This document shows positions 29,745 through 39,204 of a stretch of 64,000 nucleotides of DNA, piece by piece. The stretch lies in IMG/VR virus record IMGVR_UViG_3300042363_000940; one strand, written 5' to 3'. The translations under genes and the position numbers were made by a program. This stretch comes from a virus. Its lineage: Duplodnaviria > Heunggongvirae > Uroviricota > Caudoviricetes. The notes below the pieces were generated by a model, which was given only the letters and a program-made list of their open reading frames with translations, did no database searches and was not told the origin of the DNA. Positions within the stretch are counted from its first letter, which is position 1. Every line of letters starts with the position of its first letter.

Positions 29745-30902
29745 TTATATTCCGAATCTATTTTTTATTGCATTATAGTTTTCTAAAACTTCATTACTAC
29801 TAAGTGTTCTATTATATATTTTAGATATCGGGATTTCTCCTGAAAAATTAGCGGCAGTTCCTAAGTTTTGCGCTCCAATTATTAAACTCACGTCAGGGTC
29901 TTCAGTCCACGTTCCTGTCGCAACTGAATCGGTACTATCCAATACCCCATTTATATAATAAGATAAAACGGTGTCGTTTAAAGTTACGGTTATGTGGTAA
30001 TAATTTAATGTGGAAGAAATGTCTCCATCACTAAAATACGCATAATATCCACCATTAATAATAAATGCAATATGTATTTTTGTTGTGGGGTATCTTCCAA
30101 ACCACCATACCGACCCTAAAGTATTATCCCATCTCGTAATAAATGCTTCTGAACCTGTGGAGTTATTAAATTTTACAACCGATTCCCAAGTCACTCTTCG
30201 ACTATTTAAATCAAACGGTTGGACTAACCCACAATTAATAAAATCATTCGTACCATCAAATTCTATTTGTGAACTAGAATTAAATGAGACATTTGATATA
30301 TCGATAGTTAAATTTCGTGATAAATCTTTTAACCCTATAGTGGATGAGCGCGTACCATTAATAAATGGTGTTGTGTGTGATTTCTTTTCAACTTGTGGTT
30401 CTTTTAATTCAAATGAGTGTGTATATGGAGTATAATCATCACCATCTTGCATATACCAAAAAAACAAATCAGTACCTGGTGGTGTAGTATAGTTATATGT
30501 CGCGGTTTGCCATTCATATGTATCAACAACCCCTAATTGAATTGTTGTTGGAAACGCTGGTTGTACATAACTCCCACCTACTCTAGAATAAATTTGAAAT
30601 CTAAGTGATGGTGTACCTCCAATTTTTCTATATTTTACCGAAAAAGTATATATTGAATTTTCATTAACACCCCCCATCGTAATTGATTGTCTTGTATTTG
30701 ACGCAATGTCATCAATTCTACAATGGTATGGAGATATTATCGTTCTTGTTCCAGCGGCACTGTAACCTGACGCATCTATTCCCCATGCACCCCATACTGG
30801 ATTAACCAAATTAGTTGTTGGTTCTCCAACATATGATTTGGCATTATTAACATCGTAATAAAACACTAATCCATCTCTCGTTATTTTAGGTCCATTACTC
30901 AT
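29745..30902 (-). CDS. LamG-domain protein with variable CBM-like domain
   Basis: GEPTTNL...YTFSVKYR...PFINGTRSSTIGLKDL...FDGTND...YNRTLSSNEVLENY. Confidence 0.8.
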   Translation of the reverse strand: MSNGPKITRDGLVFYYDVNNAKSYVGEPTTNLVNPVWGAWGIDASGYSAAGTRTIISPYHCRIDDIASNTRQSITMGGVNENSIYTFSVKYRKIGGTPSLRFQIYSRVGGSYVQPAFPTTIQLGVVDTYEWQTATYNYTTPPGTDLFFWYMQDGDDYTPYTHSFELKEPQVEKKSHTTPFINGTRSSTIGLKDLSRNLTIDISNVSFNSSSQIEFDGTNDFINCGLVQPFDLNSRRVTWESVVKFNNSTGSEAFITRWDNTLGSVWWFGRYPTTKIHIAFIINGGYYAYFSDGDISSTLNYYHITVTLNDTVLSYYINGVLDSTDSVATGTWTEDPDVSLIIGAQNLGTAANFSGEIPISKIYNRTLSSNEVLENYNAIKNRFGI

Positions 30903-32020
30903 TATATTCCAAATCTTGTTTTAATTGCATTATAGTTCTGATATAATTCCGAAGATGTGAGTGCCCTATTATACACCTTCGCAATTGCGATTTTTCCAAT
31001 CCATCTTTCTCCATCACCTGACCCATGAGCACCTATACGTAAAAAATCCCAATCCATAATATCAGCACATGTGGTTGTTACAACTTGAATTGTTCCATTT
31101 ACGCAGAAAGTTAAAGTGGTACCATTATATGAAACGGCAACATATGACCATTGTCCGGTTGGAACAGATAAACTTGAACCTGCACATGGCCAAAACCCTA
31201 AAGTTCCATTTGGGAATACGTACAACGCATCGTCACTATCAACATTATTTTGAATGATTGCCTCATATCTTCCAGTTGCGGTGTTTCTATAAACAACCGC
31301 CTCTATTGTTGGGTAATTAATTGAAGTTGGGGAAAAATTGGTATCGATAAAATCATCTGTTCCATCAAACGACATTTGTGCATTTGAGTCGAAAGAAACA
31401 CTAGATAAATTTATTGTTTCATTTCTTGTTAAATCAAGTAAACCTTGTGTTACTGAACGTGTACCATTTACAAATGGTGTTGCATGTGACTTTGCTTCCA
31501 CTTGCCAATCCGCAACATAAAAAGTTTTAGGTCCGCCCTCACCATAGAACCCAGTTATCGATGTTAGAGTCATAGATGTTCCATTATATAAAAGAGTACC
31601 TAAATACCATCCATCGAATAGATAAGTGAATGTTGGTCCAGGATAAAAAGAACCCTCAGAACCGTAAATATATCCACCCGTTATTATTGTATTGGGATTT
31701 GACCCATCTGACATTTTTATTTTAAACGATACCGTAAAAATTGGACTACTAACACTAGTATTATATGAGTAAACATATGAATTCCAAAATCCACCAGCAT
31801 TTATTACCACCTTTCTTGATAATCTTCCTTGGAATGTTTCTTCCGAAGAATTTGCGGTTTGAGTGATATTCAATGGAGTATCACTACTAAATGTATTATT
31901 CGCAATATTAAAATTAGATAAATTTGTTGTTGGTTCACCGGCAAACGACTTTTCATTACCTGTATCGTAATAAAAAATTAAATCTTGTGTTGTTGTTTTT
32001 GGTCCTCTGTGGTGTCCCAT
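30902..32020 (-). CDS. LamG-domain protein with variable CBM-like domain
   Basis: GEPTTNL...PFVNGTRSVTQGLLDL...FDGTDD...YNRALTSSELYQNY. Confidence 0.8.
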   Translation of the reverse strand: MGHHRGPKTTTQDLIFYYDTGNEKSFAGEPTTNLSNFNIANNTFSSDTPLNITQTANSSEETFQGRLSRKVVINAGGFWNSYVYSYNTSVSSPIFTVSFKIKMSDGSNPNTIITGGYIYGSEGSFYPGPTFTYLFDGWYLGTLLYNGTSMTLTSITGFYGEGGPKTFYVADWQVEAKSHATPFVNGTRSVTQGLLDLTRNETINLSSVSFDSNAQMSFDGTDDFIDTNFSPTSINYPTIEAVVYRNTATGRYEAIIQNNVDSDDALYVFPNGTLGFWPCAGSSLSVPTGQWSYVAVSYNGTTLTFCVNGTIQVVTTTCADIMDWDFLRIGAHGSGDGERWIGKIAIAKVYNRALTSSELYQNYNAIKTRFGI

Positions 32021-32025
32021 ATTAA

Positions 32026-33099
32026 TTACGCTATTTGAGACATTGTTACAATTATTGATGGTGTTGCGGGTCTAGATGGACTGGATTGTATTCCTTCGTA
32101 ATATATTTGAGTGTCAGAACGGGTTGATGACCACATTAATTCCACATATTCGGTTGCGTTTAATTCAACAAAAAAATTCCATGCGGCAACTAACTTCCCA
32201 CCACCCGATATTTTTTCAATAGTTAAATCGGTATTGGAATTTGGGACATTGTTTCCATTCTTTCGTAACCAAATCGATATCTCCGCAGCATTATTTGTGG
32301 TTTGAAGTAACTGTGCCGAGAATTGTAAATTATATATCCCACTATTTGCTGCGGTTATTCTTGTTCCACTAACAATACTAAATCCACTCGCCAAATCAAC
32401 GGTATTAAGTCTCATTTCATGTGGAGTGGATGAAGTCCCACCTCCATTTTGAATTGTTGTGTCACTAAATTGTCCGTAGTTGAGTGGTTTCCAACTCGCA
32501 CCCACTCCATCAGTCTGTAAAATTCTTCCATCATATGAAGAACTAATTGCCGGTAAACCACCACCAACTGTAGCAGTTGCATAACCTGATTGTGCTAAAG
32601 AAAATGTAATAATTGTTGTTATGTCACTGAACATCTCAATAGATGTCGGTATTACCACAAATCCGTTATCGTCATATACCTGAATAACGGGAAATTGTTC
32701 ACCTAAATTGTGATTAAATGTCCAAGTTGTTGCTGGTGTTGAAACTGTTAATAATTGTGTTGAACCCGGAGTGGATTCAATTGTAAACGCCAAACCAGCA
32801 TAAGAAGAGGAAACAGAATATGAGGATGATACCGCATATGATGATGAAATTACATTCGTAATTCCTGAACCATTACCGACGAAATTAGACGCGGTTATAT
32901 CTCCAATTAAATTTATCGAACCCGTGTTTACGGTATTCGTGGAGATTAATTCTTCGATTGAGGGTCCCCCCGAACCTGACTTGGCAAGAAAAACTTTACC
33001 GTCACCAGTGTTAATGGATAATTCCCCTAATTCGAGTTGTGCGTTTGTAGGTTTTTTACCTAAAACGGAACTTCTACGCAGTCTTACTATTTGCGCCAT
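32026..33099 (-). CDS. Tail fibre protein (Mtd/hyaluronidase-like N-terminus, C1q-like jelly-roll C-terminus)
   Basis: MAQIVRLRRS...LELGELSINTGDGKVF N-terminus; C-terminal GIYNLQFSAQL...IWLRKNG...AAWNFFV...YVELMW. Confidence 0.7.
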   Translation of the reverse strand: MAQIVRLRRSSVLGKKPTNAQLELGELSINTGDGKVFLAKSGSGGPSIEELISTNTVNTGSINLIGDITASNFVGNGSGITNVISSSYAVSSSYSVSSSYAGLAFTIESTPGSTQLLTVSTPATTWTFNHNLGEQFPVIQVYDDNGFVVIPTSIEMFSDITTIITFSLAQSGYATATVGGGLPAISSSYDGRILQTDGVGASWKPLNYGQFSDTTIQNGGGTSSTPHEMRLNTVDLASGFSIVSGTRITAANSGIYNLQFSAQLLQTTNNAAEISIWLRKNGNNVPNSNTDLTIEKISGGGKLVAAWNFFVELNATEYVELMWSSTRSDTQIYYEGIQSSPSRPATPSIIVTMSQIA

Positions 33100-33187
33100 A
33101 TGTATGGTTTCTTCTTAAACTTGGTATGTACCAAAAATTATTATAACCTATATAGGTCTAACAATAAATACTTCATTACCTACAAAT

Positions 33188-33218
33188 AAAAAACCCCAAT
33201 TTCTTGGGGTTTTCTTTT
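33188..33218 (-). terminator. Rho-independent terminator (possibly bidirectional)
   Basis: Inverted repeat aaaaccccaa-tttc-ttggggtttt flanked by A/T runs, just downstream of 33237-35216. Confidence 0.8.
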
Positions 33219-33236
33219 GTTTGTGTTTGGTTGTTT

Positions 33237-35216
33237 TTAGTAAGTTCCACCATCAATGACGGTCGAGAATATTAATCCACCATTTGAGTTTTTATAACCC
33301 AAAATACCATCCATAACGTCAGTTGTTTCTGTTGTTGAAACATAACCAACTACGTTGGTATTATTTCTAAACATAATTGCCGATGTTTTGGTTAAACCAT
33401 CCGCACCGCCCGCAGAACTCAAAGTAACGTTACCAGCGATTAAGGTTGCCCCATCACTCGCAGTTACGGTGAATTTATTTGTGTTGTACGCTAAAGTTGT
33501 TCCATTATCAGTAAGTAAACTGTTTCCAATACTACTTGCTCCGGTTGCTTTAGGGATTGTATTTGTTGTTAAACTTATTTCAGAACCATATGTTCCTGGA
33601 GTTGTACCAATTAATTTACTTGATTCACCACTTGAAGAAACGAACATCCAATAGTCACTCAATGAATCCCAAACCAATGATGCAGAAACACCAACAGAAC
33701 CTGAGTCAATAACTTCAAATCCAGCATATCTTTCAAATGGAGAATATGCGTTCAATCTGATAATATTGTCATCCAATTCAATAACTGATGAAGAGATATG
33801 TACTTGAGTTGCACTACCTAATAAATTTAAATTACCACTAATATTAACATCACCACTGAAACCTGTGTTTCCTGTGATTGTCATTGTACCACCTGTAATG
33901 TTAGTTGATACTAAGTTAGTATGGTTAGCGGTTGTTGAATTTAATGTTGAACCCGTTCCTAAATCTACCGTTTGTGGTAAACTAACCGTCCAAGTTCTAT
34001 CACCTGTTAAGTTTTGAGCCCCACCAACTACAGTTACTTGGTTTGTTGTTCCTGTCACAGTTAAGTTTCTGTCACCCCTAACCGCATGTGATGTGGTGGT
34101 TGCTTGAGAACTTAATGTAAATTGATTAAAGGTAGGAGTTGCTCCTGTTCTAATGTCTTGGTCTAAATCATACTTTAATGTGTTTGTACTATTGTTGAAT
34201 GTGGTGGTTAAACCTTTAGATGCAACACCTTCAAATGTTATACTTTCAGTTTTCAATGAAACCTCACCGATATTGGTGGTCGTACCATCGGAAGATGTAA
34301 CAAATAATGTTGAAACAATTCCTGTTAAGTTAGAACCATCACCGATAAATGAACCTGTGAATGTAGATGCGGTAACTGCTCCTGTTAATATTGCTGAACC
34401 CTGTACATTCAATGAACCTGTAACGATAACTTTATCAGTTACTTCATTACCCAAATAAGAACTACCACTAACAAGTAAATCCTGAGATATTGTCACTCCA
34501 GTGGCATTTAATGTACTAACGTATGCGGTACCACTAAGGTATAGGTTTCTCCAATATTTTGAAGTAGAACCAAGGTCAAACGCGTTATTAATGTCGGGAA
34601 CAATTGAAGAGGAGATATCAGCACCAAATGATACAAAATCTGTATCACCGTCACCAACCGTGATATTACCACCTAAAGTGATATTACCATCAATAACTGC
34701 GTTTCCTGTTAATTTTAAGTTTGAACCAGTAATGTTTCCTGTAAAGATACTATCACCACCAACAGTTAAACTGTTTGTTACTTTTACGTGAGAACCTGTT
34801 AATGCAGATGTGAAGTTACCAATACTACCAGTTACTGAATTAACGTTTGCATTACTACCTGTTAAACTAGTAACGGTAACGTTGGAAATCGTATTTCCCT
34901 CCATGTTACCTGTTAAGTCTACCTTTCTGTTACCACCCGACGCTAAAACATATAATGCCTCATCTGTGGTTGAATAAAATGGAGTACCATCTAAAACAGT
35001 ACCGTATGAACCGGCAGCAATTGTGGGTACTGTTGACCCTTCATAAATTTTAGAAGTGGGTTTATATCCACCAGCGATTTCATCATCACCAACGAACACC
35101 CAAGGTCCATTCATTGTACCGATAGAACCGGTTGCTACAACAAATTCACCTTTTCTGGCTGTTACATCTTTCAGTTGTGTGATGGAACCCCTTCTGTGTT
35201 TGATTATTTGTGCCAT
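33237..35216 (-). CDS. Tail fibre-like structural protein
   Basis: MAQIIKHRRG N-terminus, Gly/Ser/Thr-rich beta-repeat composition, DLG...KYWRNLY motif, C-terminal IDGGTY. Confidence 0.75.
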   Translation of the reverse strand: MAQIIKHRRGSITQLKDVTARKGEFVVATGSIGTMNGPWVFVGDDEIAGGYKPTSKIYEGSTVPTIAAGSYGTVLDGTPFYSTTDEALYVLASGGNRKVDLTGNMEGNTISNVTVTSLTGSNANVNSVTGSIGNFTSALTGSHVKVTNSLTVGGDSIFTGNITGSNLKLTGNAVIDGNITLGGNITVGDGDTDFVSFGADISSSIVPDINNAFDLGSTSKYWRNLYLSGTAYVSTLNATGVTISQDLLVSGSSYLGNEVTDKVIVTGSLNVQGSAILTGAVTASTFTGSFIGDGSNLTGIVSTLFVTSSDGTTTNIGEVSLKTESITFEGVASKGLTTTFNNSTNTLKYDLDQDIRTGATPTFNQFTLSSQATTTSHAVRGDRNLTVTGTTNQVTVVGGAQNLTGDRTWTVSLPQTVDLGTGSTLNSTTANHTNLVSTNITGGTMTITGNTGFSGDVNISGNLNLLGSATQVHISSSVIELDDNIIRLNAYSPFERYAGFEVIDSGSVGVSASLVWDSLSDYWMFVSSSGESSKLIGTTPGTYGSEISLTTNTIPKATGASSIGNSLLTDNGTTLAYNTNKFTVTASDGATLIAGNVTLSSAGGADGLTKTSAIMFRNNTNVVGYVSTTETTDVMDGILGYKNSNGGLIFSTVIDGGTY

Positions 35217-35264
35217 AATTTTTGTATAATTTTTTTTCTTTTATATAAATAGTTAATTTTTCCT

Positions 35265-35978
35265 TTAAATAAAACCTCCCAAGTCAATTTCAGCATTTGC
35301 GGTTGGATTGGAAAACACACCCAAACCTTGGAGACTTAAAGAGGCGGATACTACTTGTGTGTTAATCATGTTTTGAACAATAGACATCGTTCCTGAAACC
35401 ACAAGAGATTCGGTATTTGGGTCATTTTTCTGAATAAGGGTTGTTTTACCCTCAACGATTAAATCTCCCTTAATTATGGTCGCACCACTAATAGTAATGA
35501 TGGAACCGTCGTCAGATACTCGTGAATCTACAAGAGTACCGTTCGCATGAACTTTTTGTAACACATTTGTGTTACCCAAACCACCAATAAGAATTGGTTG
35601 TTCAGAACCTGAAGGACCCGCTATCCATCTGTCATTTGCGGAATCCCATAATAAACTTCCCGACACCAAATTTGGTGATGTTGGGTCTCTAACGATAAAA
35701 CCACCAAATGCATCTGCAGTCCCGTTTAGTTCGATAATATTATCGCCAAGGGATATTGTGGTTGAATCAATAGTGGTAGTTGTACCAAGTACAGTTAAGT
35801 TACCACCAACAACAACACTACCAGATGTTTGGAGGGTATTGATTGTGAGTGCTCCACTAACGTTTAAATCATTAGCGAATATTCCCTCTAATGGGGAACC
35901 GATACTACCTAAAACTACCGTAGTACCTGAAGGTGGAACCGTCTCAATTTGTGTCCAATTAATCTTTTGTAATGCCAT
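35265..35978 (-). CDS. Short tail fibre-like structural protein
   Basis: Shares the IDS...DNIIELN...GGF.V.D...SLLWDS..D.W module with 33237-35216 and 1-2498. Confidence 0.65.
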   Translation of the reverse strand: MALQKINWTQIETVPPSGTTVVLGSIGSPLEGIFANDLNVSGALTINTLQTSGSVVVGGNLTVLGTTTTIDSTTISLGDNIIELNGTADAFGGFIVRDPTSPNLVSGSLLWDSANDRWIAGPSGSEQPILIGGLGNTNVLQKVHANGTLVDSRVSDDGSIITISGATIIKGDLIVEGKTTLIQKNDPNTESLVVSGTMSIVQNMINTQVVSASLSLQGLGVFSNPTANAEIDLGGFI

Positions 35979-36027
35979 GTAAAAGTAAAGTCTTTTACAT
36001 AAATATTTTATATTAAGTTATAGGCAC

Positions 36028-36056
36028 AAAAAAAGAGGATTAATTATCCTCTTTTT
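36028..36056 (-). terminator. Rho-independent terminator
   Basis: aaaaagaggat-taatt-atcctcttttt hairpin overlapping the glutaredoxin stop; T-run follows on the minus strand. Confidence 0.75.
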
Positions 36057-36333
36057 CTAAAGTAATGTACTTTTTTATAATTTCTAACGCTTCTTCCTCG
36101 TTATTGAAGTCCCTTGTGGGACAAAAAACAGGTCCATTTTCGGTTCCTTCCTGTTTTATAAAAAATGTTGGTAGGTAATCCAATTTGGTTTGAGCAACCA
36201 CTTGGTCCCATAATTTTTGATTAGAATCAACATCAATTTCGGTAAACGGAATGGAAAGTTCTTTTAGTTTACCCTTTAGGGTTTTACAGTGTCCACATCC
36301 TTTTAGGGTGAACAATAACAATTTATTACTCAT
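36040..36333 (-). CDS. Glutaredoxin/NrdH-like redoxin (CGHC)
   Basis: FTLKGCGHCKTLK...IPFTEIDVD...YLPTFFI. Confidence 0.85.
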   Translation of the reverse strand: MSNKLLLFTLKGCGHCKTLKGKLKELSIPFTEIDVDSNQKLWDQVVAQTKLDYLPTFFIKQEGTENGPVFCPTRDFNNEEEALEIIKKYITLEKEDN

Positions 36334-36643
36334 TTATACTCAATTGTGACAATACATCTCGATAATGAGTGTCGGCTTGTATACCTGTGGTTGTGTTAAC
36401 TTTTAAATTTCCATCAAAAAATATAACAGTCGGTACTGAGCGAATACCCAAATCTAACATGTATGATTGGTTATCATCAACATTTACCTTAACAAATTTA
36501 ACGTCAGGGTACTCTGATTCTAATCTTTCTAATCTTGGGATTAACGTTTTACAGGGTCCACACCAGTCGGCGTAGAAATCCGCTAATACTTTTTCTCCAC
36601 GGAACTTCATTTGTTCCAATTCTTCACTTGATACTTGTTGCAT
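36326..36643 (-). CDS. trxA: Thioredoxin
   Basis: DFYADWCGPCK, KVNVD, IRSVPT. Confidence 0.95.
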   Translation of the reverse strand: MQQVSSEELEQMKFRGEKVLADFYADWCGPCKTLIPRLERLESEYPDVKFVKVNVDDNQSYMLDLGIRSVPTVIFFDGNLKVNTTTGIQADTHYRDVLSQLSINE

Positions 36644-36648
36644 ATTTT

Positions 36649-37722
36649 TTAATTAAATCCTATTTGTGTTTTATTATCGTGTTTAAAGACTTCTTCGTCT
36701 ATATTGTAAATATCAGCCAAAGTCATTCCTTTGTCAACCCTTTTTTCATTTCCAAGGTGTTCTAAAAGACGATTTGACTCTTCAGTTGTTAGTTTTTCAA
36801 ATTTGTGTTCGGCAATCAATCTTCCTTTACGAAGTAACGCTTGGTCAATCTTCTCTCTTTTCATATTAAATGTTGCCACAACCTGAATGTTCAAACAATC
36901 ACCCAGAATACCGTCTGTAAGGTTCAGGATGTTCGAAACTCCAACAGATGACCCATTACCCTCTCTATCGGCAATAACTCTCTCAGCGTCCTCTACAATC
37001 AAAATAGAGTTCTTATGTTCCATTAGGAATGGAATGATTGATGGTTCGGATAATGATTCCGCCATTGATGGTGGAATGAATAAAATTTCCTTATCTGTAA
37101 TCAAACGAGTAAGATATTTGATATATGAAGTTTTACCTGTCCCCGGGTCACCGTGAAATAGGATAATACCTTTATCATTCGGGTTGTTTAATCTTTTGAT
37201 GATAACATCATGTACTTTAACAAACTCAGAACCGTAATTTAATTCCAAATTAATATCAGGTACATTCATCTCATACTCTTCAGTATCTAAATGTCCCATT
37301 TCTGATTTGACCAAGTTGATGCCCGATTTTTTAATTGAGATTTCAAATTGACTTAAATCCAAATATACAGTTTGCTCTTCGAATGAACCATTCTGAGTAT
37401 TATAAAGTACTGATATCTCATAATAAATCCCATGAGTCTTATCATAATTACCTTTTAATAGGATACCAAGATGACCATCCGCATTAAAGAATAAATGATT
37501 ATTCGATGGTTTATCGTATCTTCTACCGGTGTGTCTTGTCTCCACTTCTAAATAAAATTTATTTGAAATTAAGTGGTTATATAAATTATGTCCGTATTTT
37601 TTTGTTGAATCTGAAAATTTAGACGGTACTGCGTCGAAGTAATGAACAAATAATTGTTCTAACGGCATTTCATATCCATATGAAATTTCGTGTAGTGGGT
37701 ATTTTTCTGGTAATCTATTCAT
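36649..37722 (-). CDS. AAA+ ATPase (BCS1-like)
   Basis: Walker A GDPGTGKT, Walker B ILIVEDAE, LNLTDG, ATFN, IDQALLRKGRL. Confidence 0.85.
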   Translation of the reverse strand: MNRLPEKYPLHEISYGYEMPLEQLFVHYFDAVPSKFSDSTKKYGHNLYNHLISNKFYLEVETRHTGRRYDKPSNNHLFFNADGHLGILLKGNYDKTHGIYYEISVLYNTQNGSFEEQTVYLDLSQFEISIKKSGINLVKSEMGHLDTEEYEMNVPDINLELNYGSEFVKVHDVIIKRLNNPNDKGIILFHGDPGTGKTSYIKYLTRLITDKEILFIPPSMAESLSEPSIIPFLMEHKNSILIVEDAERVIADREGNGSSVGVSNILNLTDGILGDCLNIQVVATFNMKREKIDQALLRKGRLIAEHKFEKLTTEESNRLLEHLGNEKRVDKGMTLADIYNIDEEVFKHDNKTQIGFN

Positions 37723-37723
37723 C

Positions 37724-38017
37724 TTATTTTAAATAAAAATTTATCTGGTTTGGGATGTATTCGTATATTGAGTCATCCGGTATTTCCTCTTCTGATTTTT
37801 TAAATGCAACTAATGTTATTCTAACTAATTCAAATTGTTCTTTACTTAATTCCGGTTGTCCTCTCTTTTCAAAATTGATTTGTGAAATGTCACTTACCAA
37901 ATCAAAAAAATCAGATTCACTATCATTGGCAATAAAATACCTTTTTGCGTCTTCATTACCATCGATATATTTTTTTACAGTCTGCAGATAAATTAATACC
38001 TCAGGTGATTTCTCCAT
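37724..38017 (-). CDS. Hypothetical protein
   Basis: 97-aa ORF tightly packed between its neighbours. Confidence 0.7.
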   Translation of the reverse strand: MEKSPEVLIYLQTVKKYIDGNEDAKRYFIANDSESDFFDLVSDISQINFEKRGQPELSKEQFELVRITLVAFKKSEEEIPDDSIYEYIPNQINFYLK

Positions 38018-38020
38018 AAA

Positions 38021-38908
38021 TTAATAATTCATTATCAGTAATTCGATGCCATCGTTTTGTGTTCCATCTTTCTTAGAACCCGCGGCCTTTTTGAACGTTC
38101 GTCTTTCCCATCTAAATTGTTTACTGAACATTGATAGTTGACCATTCTCACCTACATTGGTTCCGTATATTGGAAACCAATCATGTAGTTGTGGGAATTC
38201 GTAATATGATAAACTAAATTTACCTTGTGCACCCTTCAATGCGTTTGCCAATCTTTCGTGGTCTTTTGAATCGAAGTCGTGGTTTGAGTAATAGTTCTCA
38301 GTTTTCCAATACGGTGGGTCCATATAGAAATATGTTGTGGGTGAATCGTATTTTTCAATTACTGTTTGAAAATCCATATTCTCAACGAATGTGATTCTCC
38401 CTAAATGTGCTCGGTATTCAAGATGTTTTAATTTATCCATGAATATCAAGACTTTACATCTGTACTTACCCTTATAATCAGTGTAATTTGATGACTCGGG
38501 TTTTGACCCCGAGAATACTTGGGTTAACACATAGACGTACTTCGCAGCAACATCATAGTTAGGTTCGTCTCCAATTACTAAATCAGGACTAAACACCTCT
38601 TTTTGATAGGTTTTGAACATCTGTTCATATTCAGGTGGGGTTACCTCAACACCAACCTGTTGACATGGGTATTTTGCCAACTCTTCCCACATCCTATCGC
38701 AGTCTCTTGAACATTTAAATAGATTGGCGTTCAATCCATTAAAGTCATTGTAGACTACAGTTTTCAAGTTAGGGTAGTTCTTTAAATCCATGTTAAAGAA
38801 AACCCAAAACATCCCTGAAAACCCTTCAACATATGTTTCAATATCCGTTGGTATGTACGGAACTATCCATTTACCTATTCTTGCTTTTCCACCAATGTAT
38901 GATATCAT
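38021..38908 (-). CDS. DNA adenine methyltransferase, Dam/D12 class
   Basis: YIGGK, YVEGFSG, VYNDFN, FYMDPPY, LSY. Target sequence unknown. Confidence 0.9.
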   Translation of the reverse strand: MISYIGGKARIGKWIVPYIPTDIETYVEGFSGMFWVFFNMDLKNYPNLKTVVYNDFNGLNANLFKCSRDCDRMWEELAKYPCQQVGVEVTPPEYEQMFKTYQKEVFSPDLVIGDEPNYDVAAKYVYVLTQVFSGSKPESSNYTDYKGKYRCKVLIFMDKLKHLEYRAHLGRITFVENMDFQTVIEKYDSPTTYFYMDPPYWKTENYYSNHDFDSKDHERLANALKGAQGKFSLSYYEFPQLHDWFPIYGTNVGENGQLSMFSKQFRWERRTFKKAAGSKKDGTQNDGIELLIMNY

Positions 38909-39015
38909 CTCCTAAAGTTGTAATTTAGTGTTTTATTTGTACGTATTAGAAAATATAAGTAAAAAAAACCGTAAAAAAAAGAGGTGGGTCAAAGTTTTTT
39001 GAGTGTCCTTATTTC

Positions 39016-39044
39016 TTGACAAACTCCTATTTATTATGTATACT
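39016..39044 (+). promoter_or_regulatory. Sigma70-like promoter TTGACA-N17-TATACT
   Basis: TTGACA 39016-39021, 17-bp spacer, TATACT 39039-39044, ATG at 39052. The spacer also contains TATTTAT (39028-39034). Confidence 0.55.
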
Positions 39045-39051
39045 TTAAATT

Positions 39052-39204
39052 ATGGCATGTTCAGAATGTAAGAAAAAACAATCTCTCAAGGAGGAATTGG
39101 TTAAGAGCACCGAGTTTGTTCAGAAGGGGGTGATGTGGTTTGTTGTTATTTGGAGTGGGTTCGCCATTTACGGTATCTACACACTCATCTGTAAGTTTAT
39201 ATGA
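39052..39204 (+). CDS. Small membrane protein with N-terminal CxxC (50 aa)
   Basis: Hand translation: MACSECKKKQSLKEELVKSTEFVQKGVMWFVVIWSGFAIYGIYTLICKFI*. ATGA overlap with 39201. Confidence 0.75.
   Translation: MACSECKKKQSLKEELVKSTEFVQKGVMWFVVIWSGFAIYGIYTLICKFI

Noticed and set aside
17743-32020. Diversity-generating retroelement as the source of LamG/Mtd-like variation
   Set aside because: No reverse transcriptase and no near-identical TR/VR pair with adenine-specific differences was seen. The paralogues are deeply diverged.
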